This document shows, piece by piece, positions 29,601-38,093 of a DNA stretch of 64,000 bases; the stretch's first letter is position 1; each line of letters opens with the position of its first letter. A model generated the notes under the pieces. That model had not been told where the DNA came from and made no database searches. It saw nothing but the letters and a program-made list of their open reading frames with translations. This stretch comes from Candidatus Micrarchaeota archaeon (GTDB taxonomy: Archaea; Micrarchaeota; Micrarchaeia; Anstonellales; Bilamarchaeaceae): NCBI GenBank assembly GCA_016932815.1, contig JAFGCC010000025.1:7133-71132 (forward strand), in the 5' to 3' direction. Made by a program: the position numbers and the translations under genes.

Positions 29601-30325
29601 CTTCGGGTTCGTGTGCAACCTCTTCCGATTGCTCGGGCAGCGCCCCATTCTACAACTGCGAGGGCTGCTCGTGCGTTGGATACGAGTGCAATTCCGCTTC
29701 GGACTGCGGCGCAGGGTACTCATGTGAAGAAGGCGAATGCGTGCCCCCAGAATGCACGCAGGATTCCGACTGCGATTCCTTTGGGGCAGGATATTCATGC
29801 GAGAACTATGAATGCGTGCCCCCGCAGTGCCTAAATGACTCTGCCTGCGGTGCAGGCGGAACCTGCTCAAACTACGTTTGCATCCCCCCAGAATGCACAA
29901 GCAATTCCAATTGCGGTTCAGGCAAGGTGTGCGAAAACTACAAGTGCGTGCCCTGGAAATGCAAGGCCAACGCCGACTGCCAGAACGGCTTCTACTGCGA
30001 CAGCGGAGTATGCAGGAAAGAGAGCATACCCGGAGGCCCTGGCGGAAGCAGCGGGGGCAACGGAGGCTCCGGAGGCAAGCAGGCAGGTGAATCAGTTGGC
30101 GAAGCGGAAGTGCCACAGGAGCAGGAGCCAGAAACCGAGCAGGTAACCCAGCCATTCCCGTTCCTAGAAGGAGACACTGAGGGGGGAATAATCCCCAACG
30201 TAGTGATAAACGAGGAAACCAAGATTTCAGGCGGATGGGTGTTCCTATTTGCGCTTGCGGCAGTTGCGGTGCTCTACTTTGCGTTCCACAGGGGAAGGAG
30301 AAGGGGAAGGGAAAAAGAGGAGTAG
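26633..30325 (+). CDS. Large secreted surface protein, paralog 4 (internally duplicated beta-helix + module, Cys-rich repeats, C-terminal TM anchor)
   Basis: Signal peptide MCKNFVKLAVLLAFFAFSLSFA, homologous to the gene 2 N-terminus. Two beta-helix plus GSPSID/GSPNIT module units. The C-terminal Cys-rich region is near-identical to gene 2. TM helix GWVFLFALAAVAVLYFAF followed by RGRRRGREKEE. Confidence 0.75.
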   Translation: MCKNFVKLAVLLAFFAFSLSFAVDVSTCQAITSSDTYDLTTDLTGAPIAITGISQIDQACLAIQADNVVIDCHGHSISNTGVSDAAGIARNLTSTSTVTIRNCRIAYYHQGISLRYLSGGAVLNNTIFNTSHYGLSMSQSCSGTVVSNNTFHNNTDHALYIGGNSDNNIITNNTLCNTSGAFSAFNLGSNCEYNTFEGNLLYGNYVGIELGYASNNSIENNTIRNNSWHAVVMDHGGDNNLTNNIAYGNYYGFYVDPYSQGNVFVNNTAYDHIYYGFYVYRDNEGTTLINNTAYGNRYGFTVGADSHNTTLWGNTAYENEDGFSIASSDNTLTNNTAYNNTHRGFYLYTGYGNTLINDTAYNNGDEFCVIGSNYTLESFLFLNPSGSQVNYTNLSIGDIMDTSSEEYAIGWGESPGSSPSDRSSFENKYLTISAAGGSPSIDTITWHWQDSETSGYVEAMLELWKYNASGWTLLNNTPDTSANTLTQYAMSPSSTYAIFENVSVDCEVISSPGTYNLSSNLSGAPNPLSTVAGTTAACIIIASLGVTLDCKGFTITNNGTSDAVGIAVNGSSTIDYTGVAIQNCPDIHGYENGVQLYRTAAGTIRNSSMSDGRYGIYVYASQNNSITNNTVHNNSQDGIYLYSSVGNNVTGNTVHSHFSAGIALSTLSMHNNLSNNVLYNNSDPSFYISLSSNNTISNNTVYNTSGSGIYLFSSSECNLTGNTVYDSTSGIELNSNSMRNRVSGNTLYDNAMCGIWLQSSSSNNTVYDTSVSNNTYGIFALQSHDNNFTESFICNNSDYGLYMVSSYGNRLANYSIYGDQYGVYSSSSKYVLDTVSFLPYGGESVDYSALSLTDSNGAGAYRINWSATPGSSPSSRSSFENKFLNISTASGSPNITSIEWSWEDSESSGYTESDFELWKYNASGWTLLNDTPNVFSNTLTQYAMLPGSIYGIFAYETPTSTGGDDEDYSCMTSSDCPECYICSGHECVLPSGSCATSSDCSGSAPFYNCEGCSCVGYECNSASDCGAGYSCEEGECVPPECTQDSDCDSFGAGYSCENYECVPPQCLNDSACGAGGTCSNYVCIPPECTSNSNCGSGKVCENYKCVPWKCKANADCQNGFYCDSGVCRKESIPGGPGGSSGGNGGSGGKQAGESVGEAEVPQEQEPETEQVTQPFPFLEGDTEGGIIPNVVINEETKISGGWVFLFALAAVAVLYFAFHRGRRRGREKEE
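29520..30325. repeat. Roughly 0.8 kb dispersed repeat copy B (3' region of surface-protein gene 4)
   Basis: It pairs with 21290-22071. The encoded peptides differ at only a handful of positions. Confidence 0.7.
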
Positions 30326-30475
30326 CTGCCAGGAGGGGAAAGGATAGCCGCGGGAAAAGGGGAATGGGCAGGGGCGAAGAGAAGAATGGCAGGCCAAAGT
30401 GGGGGGAGCATAGCGGAAGAGCGGAAAGCCACCCCCTCAATCGCTTAAAAAGGCTCCTCTGCGCCCCCAATCCGT

Positions 30476-31732
30476 ATGGTCCCCATGGAAAAGGTGCGCA
30501 AGCTCTCCGAATTGTCCTCATTCGACATGGAGCAGGAGGAGAGCCTAAAAAGCGTCCGCCTGGGGCTAAGAGGGGGCACACTCCCCCTCTATCAAGCTAA
30601 AACCCCAAGGGGCAAATGCACGCTTTTCAAAACCCTGATGGCCAATTCCTGCAAGATGGATTGCCGCTATTGCGTGAACTCCAAATGCTCAAGGGGGCAG
30701 CAGGATTACGCTTACACCCCGGAAGAACTCGCCCACGTATTCATGCTATTATACAGGCGCCGCGCAGCAGAAGGGCTGTTTTTGAGCTCTGCAATTGTGG
30801 ACCCGATAAACAGCATGGAGGGGATATTGGAAGCTGCGCACATCCTTCGCACAAAGGAGGGTTACAGGGGTTATATGCACCTCAAAATCCTCCCCGGCTC
30901 TTCCATGGACCAGGTAAAGAGGGCGGCATCCCTGGCCAACCGGGTATCAATAAACCTGGAAACCGTTTCCCCTTCGCACCTATCCGAAATCGCCTCCAAC
31001 AAGGATTTCCGCAACGACATACTAAAGAGGCAGGCATGGGTGCGGGGAATCGTGAATTCTGCAAAAAGCGGGAAGGCTTCCGAATGGGGCCCCTCCTGCA
31101 ATCAAGAGCGGGAATCCACCCGCAATCACGCTCAAGGGCACTCCGGGGGCACACCTTGTACCCCTCCCCGGAGTCCCGCACAGTCCGAAGCCGATGGCTC
31201 TTGTCGCCTTCGGACTGTGTCCCACACGTCCCAGGTAATGGTCGGGGTAAACGGGGAGTCGGACAGGGAAATCTTCTCCCTCGCAGCCTCGGAATACGAC
31301 CACATTGGGCTAAACCGGATGTATTATTCGGCATTCAAGCCGCTTGAAGGGACTCCGCTTGAGGATGTTCCCGCAGCGCCCCTGTGGAGGCAGAACCGCC
31401 TCTACCAGCTGGATTGGCTCTACAGGGTGTATGGATATTCAAGGGAGGAGGCGCACCTCGCATTTGAGGGTGACTTCCTGGAGAACCTTGACCCGAAGAC
31501 CGCCATAGCCAGGACTTTTTTTGAACGGCCCCTGGAAATAAACGGTGCCGAGGAAGGGGACCTCTTGCGGGTCCCCGGAATCGGCCCCAAAACCGCGAAA
31601 TCGATTGCACGCTCAAAAGAAAAGCTCAAGGGCCTCACCGACCTAAAGAGGCATGGGGCAATACTCCCGCGCGCCCTTCCTTTCATAAAGATAAACGGGC
31701 GCGTGCAGACAACACTCCATTCGTTCAACTGA
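30476..31732 (+). CDS. Radical SAM protein of the putative DNA modification/repair type (TIGR03916-like) with C-terminal helix-hairpin-helix
   Basis: CKMDCRYC radical-SAM cluster motif. C-terminal LLRVPGIGPKTAKSI HhH. An odd Ser/Pro/Gly-rich insertion lies around residues 200-250. Confidence 0.65.
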   Translation: MVPMEKVRKLSELSSFDMEQEESLKSVRLGLRGGTLPLYQAKTPRGKCTLFKTLMANSCKMDCRYCVNSKCSRGQQDYAYTPEELAHVFMLLYRRRAAEGLFLSSAIVDPINSMEGILEAAHILRTKEGYRGYMHLKILPGSSMDQVKRAASLANRVSINLETVSPSHLSEIASNKDFRNDILKRQAWVRGIVNSAKSGKASEWGPSCNQERESTRNHAQGHSGGTPCTPPRSPAQSEADGSCRLRTVSHTSQVMVGVNGESDREIFSLAASEYDHIGLNRMYYSAFKPLEGTPLEDVPAAPLWRQNRLYQLDWLYRVYGYSREEAHLAFEGDFLENLDPKTAIARTFFERPLEINGAEEGDLLRVPGIGPKTAKSIARSKEKLKGLTDLKRHGAILPRALPFIKINGRVQTTLHSFN

Positions 31733-31792
31733 ATATCGGAGATAATCCACAAAAAGCAACGTTTAAAAACATGTTCTTCCACATTTTAATGC

Positions 31793-32851
31793 ATGAGCGA
31801 AAAGACGCGCAAAGTGCGCGAGGCACCCCCTAAAAAGATGCAGCCCCCCAAGGCAAGGAGGGATGGCATCCGGCCTTTTGCAAATGCCCACCGCGTAAGG
31901 GTTCCCCTGCTGCTAAATGAGGAGCAGCTGAAAGCAAACGCCTACACCGCACGGTTCATGCACCCAGATAACATGGAAACGGCAGAGCGCATTGCAGTCT
32001 CCTGCTTCTCCTGGGACTCCTTCCTAAAGGATGCTGGAAAATCGAAAAAGGCTGAGATGAAGGATGCGCTAGAAGAGTTCATAACCTCCGCATTTTCCCT
32101 AATCCAGCACTCAGGCAATATGCGCGTTGCAAAGGGAATGCTCGCTTCGCTTTATATGCTCATGCCCCATGCCCCCCGCAAAACGTTTTCCTCGATGGTG
32201 GAGCTCTGCTGCAGCCGCGAACAAGACGCAGTTTCAGCCCGCGCATCTTCATTAATCGTGCAGTCCTACAAGTGGCTGCTCACGTTCCCGCCCGGTGAGG
32301 AATCGGTATACAATGCAGTTGAGTTCTTCGCAGGCAACCTTGAGCAGGATGCCGCAAGAGGCGCTCCCACGGAGCTTGAAACCTCCAAGAAGTTCAGCTC
32401 TTTCATGGCGGCTGCCTCTACGCGGATACTAGGCGATTCCGGGCTTCTAGAGGGGGGCACCCTCCTAGTGCCAGAAGAGCACACCAGTATAATAGCATAC
32501 GGGATACTATTCGGAATCGGGTTCACGCAGGAAGCGCGCCTCTCTGCCATGGACCAGGCCCAGGAGATTCTCACAAGGGAGGGGCAGGTTGCCCTCTTCT
32601 CGCGAATCCATGCTGCCGGAATCCTGCTTCCCACAATGATTGAACACCCAAAGAGCGAAGGGTATCGCCTAATGGAAATCCCCGAGAGCGGCCCCCTCCT
32701 CCAAATCTGGAAGGAGGAGCTTGAGGCGAGGGAGCAGGGCCCGCAGGATGAGAGGATACGCAAGCAGATGATTTCCTCTGCCGCCATGCACCTTGATGCG
32801 CTTGGGATATCCCCCACCCTAAGAGGCAAGGATTCCCCAACGCTCCAGTAA
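31793..32851 (+). CDS. Hypothetical protein (352 aa)
   Basis: Long ORF with coding-like composition. No recognisable motif. Confidence 0.4.
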   Translation: MSEKTRKVREAPPKKMQPPKARRDGIRPFANAHRVRVPLLLNEEQLKANAYTARFMHPDNMETAERIAVSCFSWDSFLKDAGKSKKAEMKDALEEFITSAFSLIQHSGNMRVAKGMLASLYMLMPHAPRKTFSSMVELCCSREQDAVSARASSLIVQSYKWLLTFPPGEESVYNAVEFFAGNLEQDAARGAPTELETSKKFSSFMAAASTRILGDSGLLEGGTLLVPEEHTSIIAYGILFGIGFTQEARLSAMDQAQEILTREGQVALFSRIHAAGILLPTMIEHPKSEGYRLMEIPESGPLLQIWKEELEAREQGPQDERIRKQMISSAAMHLDALGISPTLRGKDSPTLQ

Positions 32852-32883
32852 GCGTTAATAACCCAATCGCAGTAGCTCCTAGC

Positions 32884-34197
32884 ATGGCGGGCAAAGGCAA
32901 CAGGCGCAGGGCGCTCATAATGGGTGCAGCCGGAAGGGATTTCCACAATTTCAACTCGTTTTTCCGCAACAACAAAGAGTATGAGGTGGTGTGCTTCACC
33001 GCCGCCCAAATCCCCGGAATAGCTGGCAGGAAGTATCCTCCTTGCCTTGCTGGGAGGCTTTACCCCAAGGGAATCCCCATATATCCTGAAGAAAAGCTCG
33101 AATCCCTCATAAACTCCAAGAGGATAGACGAGGTTTTCTTTTCCTATTCGGACGTTTCCCATGAATACGTTATGCACATGGCTTGCCGCGCAATGGCCGC
33201 AGGCGCATCGTTTTCCCTCCTAGGCCCCAATGACACGTGCATAAAAAGCAAAAAGCCCGTATTCGCAATCTGCGCAACCCGCACCGGGGCCGGAAAGTCC
33301 CCCCTCTCAAAATTAATCTCGAAAAAGCTCGTGGAAAAAGGCGCAAGGCTCGCGGTAATCCGCCACCCCATGCCCTATGGCGACCTAAAAGCCCAGGCGG
33401 TGCAGAGATTCTCCCGCCTAGAAGACCTGGACAAATACAAGTGCACAATCGAAGAGCGCGAGGAATACGAAGGGCACATGCGAAACGGCGCCATCCTCTT
33501 TGCGGGGGTGGACTACCACCGCATAATAAAAGAGGCGGAAAAGGAAGCCGATATAATAATGTGGGACGGGGGAAACAACGACTACCCGTTTTTCTTCCCG
33601 GATTTCCACGTGTGCGTTGCGGATGCCCTGCGCCCAACGCACGCTTCAACCTATTATCCTGGGGAAGTGAATTTCCGCATGGCGGATTTAATCCTAATTA
33701 GCAAGCATTCACAGAATCCCAGGGGCGCAAGGCAGTTGCAGGAACTAGCGCGGGAGCTAAATCCCAAAGCAAATATCCTCAAAGCCAACATTGAAGTTTC
33801 CCGCCCAAGGGGAATCAAGGGAAAGAAAGTGCTAATCGTAGAAGACGGCCCCACCCTTACCCACGGGGGAATGGAATACGGAGCAGGCCTCTTAGCTGCA
33901 AGGCGCGCGGGAGCAAAGCCGATAAACCCCCAAAAGTACGCAGAAGGCTCGCTAAAGAAGGTATTCGCGGCATACCCCCACCTAAGGGAGGTGCTCCCCG
34001 CAATGGGCTATGGGAAGAAGCAGGTCGCAGAACTCCAGAACTCCATAAACAACTCTCCTGCGGAAATAGTGGTCTCGGGAACGCCCATAAGCCTTTCTTC
34101 CCTCATAAAAACGAACAAGAGGATAGTGGATGTTTCCTATTCGTACCCTGAAAAAAGCGTGGAGGCAATCCTTAAGCGGATATATTCCATGTGCTAA
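32884..34197 (+). CDS. COG2403-family P-loop protein (predicted GTPase / cyclic 2,3-diphosphoglycerate synthetase-like)
   Basis: N-terminal Rossmann-like ALIMGAAGRDFHNF and central P-loop AICATRTGAGKSPLS. The architecture resembles the CPGS/COG2403 family. Confidence 0.4.
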   Translation: MAGKGNRRRALIMGAAGRDFHNFNSFFRNNKEYEVVCFTAAQIPGIAGRKYPPCLAGRLYPKGIPIYPEEKLESLINSKRIDEVFFSYSDVSHEYVMHMACRAMAAGASFSLLGPNDTCIKSKKPVFAICATRTGAGKSPLSKLISKKLVEKGARLAVIRHPMPYGDLKAQAVQRFSRLEDLDKYKCTIEEREEYEGHMRNGAILFAGVDYHRIIKEAEKEADIIMWDGGNNDYPFFFPDFHVCVADALRPTHASTYYPGEVNFRMADLILISKHSQNPRGARQLQELARELNPKANILKANIEVSRPRGIKGKKVLIVEDGPTLTHGGMEYGAGLLAARRAGAKPINPQKYAEGSLKKVFAAYPHLREVLPAMGYGKKQVAELQNSINNSPAEIVVSGTPISLSSLIKTNKRIVDVSYSYPEKSVEAILKRIYSMC

Positions 34198-34225
34198 ACA
34201 GGTCTATTTTTAAATATATCCAAAT

Positions 34226-34642
34226 ATGGATATATCCATGGCTTCCTTCGGCAAGCTCGAAAAGCAAATCCCGCCTTCTATAAAGCCCCTCTTCAAGGGC
34301 TTCTGCTCCGGCAGGGAGAAGAGCCCGGAGAAGATGCTGCACAAGATGGCGATGACGTTTGTGCTCTGGATAATGAACCGGGAGCCAATGACCGGCTATG
34401 AGCTCATGAAGCTGCTGAAGAGCGATCACCACGGCCCCTCCGCAACGCCTTCGCGCATTTATCCCCTCTTATCCGCTATGGAGGAAGATGGGCTGCTGCG
34501 CTCAAAAATCCTTAAAAAGGGAAAGAGGGAAAGCAAGCAGTATTCGATAACCGCAAAGGGAAAGCTCGTATTGAAAGTGACCAACCGGATTCTCTCGAAA
34601 ATGAGGTGGGGGGAATTCCTCAGGGATATCTCAAGGAAGTGA
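34226..34642 (+). CDS. PadR-family transcriptional regulator
   Basis: LWIMNREPMTGYELMKLLKS...IYPLLSAMEEDGLLRS...YSITAKGK is the PadR wHTH signature. The true start may be the internal Met at 34334. Confidence 0.65.
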   Translation: MDISMASFGKLEKQIPPSIKPLFKGFCSGREKSPEKMLHKMAMTFVLWIMNREPMTGYELMKLLKSDHHGPSATPSRIYPLLSAMEEDGLLRSKILKKGKRESKQYSITAKGKLVLKVTNRILSKMRWGEFLRDISRK

Positions 34643-34646
34643 AAAT

Positions 34647-35399
34647 GTGGCAGGAAAAAAAGACGCCCCCGTGCTTGAGCTTCGGAACGTTTCCAAGGTG
34701 TACAAGATGGGGGAGGAGGAGGTCCACGCGCTCTGCGGCTTCAACCTCATAGTAGACGACAACGATTACATGAGCATAGTGGGGCCTTCTGGAAGCGGGA
34801 AGAGCACCCTGCTGCACATGCTGGGCCTGCTTGACGTTCCCACGGGCGGGGAGATATTCATAGACGGCACTCCCGTCTCCAGGCTATCGGAGAACGAGCG
34901 AGCCACGATGCGCGGAAAGAAAATCGGGTTCGTTTTCCAGGTCTTCAATCTCGTCCCATCCCTTACCGCACTCGAGAACGTGGCGCTTCCCATGATGATA
35001 CAGGGCGTTTCGCGGCAAGAGCGGGAGGAGAAAGCCGCAAGGACACTAGAAGGGCTGGGGATGGGAGAGCGCCTCCACCACCTTCCAAGCGAGCTCTCAG
35101 GAGGGCAGCGCCAGCGCGTCGCAATGGCACGCGCCCTGGTAAACGACCCCGAACTAATCCTCGCAGACGAGCCCACCGGAAACCTGGATTCCAAGACGGG
35201 CGAGGAAGTGGTGAAGCTCTTCGACAAATTGCACAAGGAAGGCAGGACGCTAATAATAGTTACGCACGACCCGGACATTGCCCGCCACGCAAAAGAGCAG
35301 GTGCACATACGAGATGGCAGGGTGGAAAAGCACTTGGGCGACCACCGGGGAGACAGGTATTACGATAACGAAAAGAAGGAAAAATGCACTACAAGGTGA
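34647..35399 (+). CDS. ABC transporter ATP-binding protein (MacB/LolD-like)
   Basis: Walker [13 protein letters not shown] signature [15 protein letters not shown], Walker [12 protein letters not shown]. Confidence 0.9.
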   Translation: MAGKKDAPVLELRNVSKVYKMGEEEVHALCGFNLIVDDNDYMSIVGPSGSGKSTLLHMLGLLDVPTGGEIFIDGTPVSRLSENERATMRGKKIGFVFQVFNLVPSLTALENVALPMMIQGVSRQEREEKAARTLEGLGMGERLHHLPSELSGGQRQRVAMARALVNDPELILADEPTGNLDSKTGEEVVKLFDKLHKEGRTLIIVTHDPDIARHAKEQVHIRDGRVEKHLGDHRGDRYYDNEKKEKCTTR

Positions 35400-36884
35400 A
35401 TGATAAAAATGGAACTTCGCTACGCGCTTTTTGCGCTTTTGGTCTTTGGAATGGCGTTTGCCGGCATTAGCATCAGCGATTACACGCTTACCCCCAGCGT
35501 AATAGAGCCTGGGGCATCGGGTGTGCTCGAAATCACGATTGCGAACACCGGCACTACCGACGCGGTAGAAAGCGTTTCGGTTACGGTTGGTTCCGCAACG
35601 GCTTTGGGCATAGACAGGACGTTTGCGGTAGGGGACGTGGAAGCTTCCTCATCCGTAGTGGTCTCGGTGCCATTTACCGCAGAGGATACAATCCCCAGCG
35701 GGTACTATACGGTAAGCGTGCGCGCAATAGGCCGCACCGCGGAGTATTACCTTGGGAGTGACGGGACGCTCAAATCCAGCAAGGAAACCTTTGAGAAGAC
35801 CGCGACCCTGCCCGTGCAGGTGGTCGAAGAGCCCGTAATCTCAATATCCCTCTCAGAAGAGAGCGTAGAGGACCTCACACAGGAGGTATTCACCTTCACC
35901 AACGATGGGGGCAAGGCACAGAAGCTTAAAGTGACAATCCTAAATAGCGGAATCGGGTTCCTCAACGCAGACCAGCTGTATGTGGCGGAACTAGGCGAAT
36001 CCGAATCGGTGGCCGCAACACTGGATGCAAGGGGTGCAACCGAAGGCGCAACCAAGCTCCGGATATACCTGGAATACCAGAACGAGCTTGGAACGCAGAT
36101 GAACGAGACCAAGGAGATTCCCATCACCGTAAAAAAGGCGGAGGGCAATTTCGTTTTCGTCCAGCAAGCCCCGATAGTGACCGGAGAGGACGAGTCGCTG
36201 AAACTTACCTTTACCAACGAGGGAAACGCGGTTTCGGACCTCCGCTTTACCTTCTCAAACGAGTCGGTGCGCTTTAGGGGCCTAAACGAGTTCAAGGTGG
36301 GCAGCGTGGGCGCGGGAGAGGTAAAATCCCTTGAAGTCCCGCTTGTGGCGGAACTCCAGCCGGGAACCCAGAACGTGGTCCTCAGCCTCAAATGGGTTGA
36401 GGCGGGAAAAGACCGCACCGGAACGATTACCGTTCCCCTTGAAGTGGTCTTGGATGCGAGAGTGGGCGTTTTCCTGGAAGCCAAGCCCGCGCCGCTCCAG
36501 GCAGGAGGCGAGCACACGATTTCGGTGACCGTATCCAACCTTGGCTCATACGACATAGAGGGCACGACGGTTGAGTTTGCAAGCGATGCATTGACACTGC
36601 TCACAATACAGCCCCAGCAATACATAGGGGGGCTTGAGAGCGACGACTTTAGCAGCGTCCAGTACAAGGTCCGCGTAGGATGCGTGGAGCCTGGAACCTA
36701 CCCCGCAACCGTGAACGTCACTTTCCGCGACGCTTCGAGCAAGTGGGTTACCGTTGAAACGGAAGCGAACATAGCGGTAGTCTCGCCCCCGCAGGAGGAA
36801 GGCTCGGCAATCCCGCTGCTCTTTGGGCTATTAATAATAGGCGGCGCCCTGTACTGGTGGTTTAAGAAGAGGAAAAAGGCATGA
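35400..36884 (+). CDS. Secreted COG1361/CARDB-like beta-sandwich repeat protein with C-terminal TM anchor, ABC-transporter associated
   Basis: Signal peptide MELRYALFALLVFGMAFAG. Repeated Ig-like segments. C-terminal LLFGLLIIGGALYWWFKKRKKA. Confidence 0.55.
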   Translation: MIKMELRYALFALLVFGMAFAGISISDYTLTPSVIEPGASGVLEITIANTGTTDAVESVSVTVGSATALGIDRTFAVGDVEASSSVVVSVPFTAEDTIPSGYYTVSVRAIGRTAEYYLGSDGTLKSSKETFEKTATLPVQVVEEPVISISLSEESVEDLTQEVFTFTNDGGKAQKLKVTILNSGIGFLNADQLYVAELGESESVAATLDARGATEGATKLRIYLEYQNELGTQMNETKEIPITVKKAEGNFVFVQQAPIVTGEDESLKLTFTNEGNAVSDLRFTFSNESVRFRGLNEFKVGSVGAGEVKSLEVPLVAELQPGTQNVVLSLKWVEAGKDRTGTITVPLEVVLDARVGVFLEAKPAPLQAGGEHTISVTVSNLGSYDIEGTTVEFASDALTLLTIQPQQYIGGLESDDFSSVQYKVRVGCVEPGTYPATVNVTFRDASSKWVTVETEANIAVVSPPQEEGSAIPLLFGLLIIGGALYWWFKKRKKA

Positions 36885-38092
36885 ACTTTTTTGACCTCTT
36901 CAATTATTCGTTCGTCCACCTAAAGCACAGGGGGCTTCGCACCTGGCTTACCCTGCTGGGCATAGTAGTGGGGATTTCCGCGGTGGTGGTGCTAGTGGGG
37001 ATAGCCGACGGGCTCAAGCACAGCGTTTCAGAAGAGCTGGAAATGTTCGGGCCCGACCTCCTCATAATCACCTCCATCTCCACCTCCTCTGACCTCACGG
37101 TCCCTTCGCAGTTCCGCTCCACAGTAGGCAAGCTGTTTGAAAAGGACGCGCAGGTAATAAGCAGGGTTGAAGGAGTGGATACGGTTTCCAACACCATTAC
37201 CACAAGTGCCGTGATGAAATACAAGGATGAGGAAGTAGGGGGCAGCATCTATGGGGTGGAGCTGGACAATTACCTGGATGCTATGGTAACCCTGGAACTC
37301 GAAGAGGGGAGGTTCCTAGAACCCGGCGACCGCAAGGCCGTGCTCTTAGGCGCCAAGGCCGCGACGGACACCTTCGACGACCCCCTGGACGTCAATTCCG
37401 TTTTCGAGATAAGCGGAGAGAAGTTCAGGGTGGTGGGCATCCTAACTGAAACCGGAAGCAGCTACTCGAACATGGATTCAATCATGGTCCTCCCAATCGA
37501 GGATGCGCGCAGGATTGCGGGCAACACCATAGCAAACAGGGAACTCTCGGCAATACGCGTAAAGGTTGCAGAGGGCTATGACCCAGTTGAGGTGGAGGAC
37601 AACATAGAATGGATGCTAATGCAGCACCGCAAGGTCACAGAAGACGAGAAGGATTTCGGGATAGTGAGCGCCCGCTTCATTCAAGAGCAGGTCGACAGCA
37701 TCCTGGGGGCATTGACGCTCTTCCTCTCAATCGTTTCCGGCATCTCCCTGGTAGTTGGCGCAATAGGGATTTCCAACACGATGTTCATGAGCGTCCTTGA
37801 GCGCACAAGGGAAATCGGGGTGCTAAAATCCCTTGGGGCGACATCCAACCAGATACAGGACCTCTTCCTAATGGAGTCCGCATTAATCGGGCTCTCAGGG
37901 GGAATAGGCGGGATGGTAATAGGCGGCCTCCTGCTACAGGTAATAAGCCTCCTGGGCTTTGATGCGGTCATATCAGTGGAAGTGACCGTTTTCGCATTCG
38001 CATTTTCCGTTGCGATAGGGGTTTTCGCAGGCTCTTTCCCCGCAAAGGAGGCATCGCTGAAGCCGGCAATAGAAGCGCTGAGGTACGAATAA
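36881..38092 (+). CDS. ABC transporter permease, FtsX/MacB family
   Basis: N-terminal TM, large extracellular loop and C-terminal FtsX 4-TM domain. The start overlaps the previous stop (ATGA). Confidence 0.85.
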   Translation: MNFFDLFNYSFVHLKHRGLRTWLTLLGIVVGISAVVVLVGIADGLKHSVSEELEMFGPDLLIITSISTSSDLTVPSQFRSTVGKLFEKDAQVISRVEGVDTVSNTITTSAVMKYKDEEVGGSIYGVELDNYLDAMVTLELEEGRFLEPGDRKAVLLGAKAATDTFDDPLDVNSVFEISGEKFRVVGILTETGSSYSNMDSIMVLPIEDARRIAGNTIANRELSAIRVKVAEGYDPVEVEDNIEWMLMQHRKVTEDEKDFGIVSARFIQEQVDSILGALTLFLSIVSGISLVVGAIGISNTMFMSVLERTREIGVLKSLGATSNQIQDLFLMESALIGLSGGIGGMVIGGLLLQVISLLGFDAVISVEVTVFAFAFSVAIGVFAGSFPAKEASLKPAIEALRYE

Positions 38093-38093
38093 C

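Noticed and set aside
29427-30600. ORFs 29427..30581 (-, 384 aa) and 30235..30600 (+)
   Set aside because: Antisense or low-complexity readings of the gene 4 Cys-rich region and a purine-rich intergenic segment, with Arg/Pro/Leu-rich improbable composition.
32266-33177. 303-aa minus-strand ORF overlapping the 31793 and 32884 plus-strand genes
   Set aside because: It overlaps two plus-strand genes. The Pro/Ser/Arg-rich composition is typical of antisense ORFs in GC-rich DNA.
35747-36667. 306-aa minus-strand ORF inside the COG1361-like gene
   Set aside because: Ser/Thr/Pro-rich antisense shadow. The plus-strand product has a signal peptide, Ig-like repeats and operon context.
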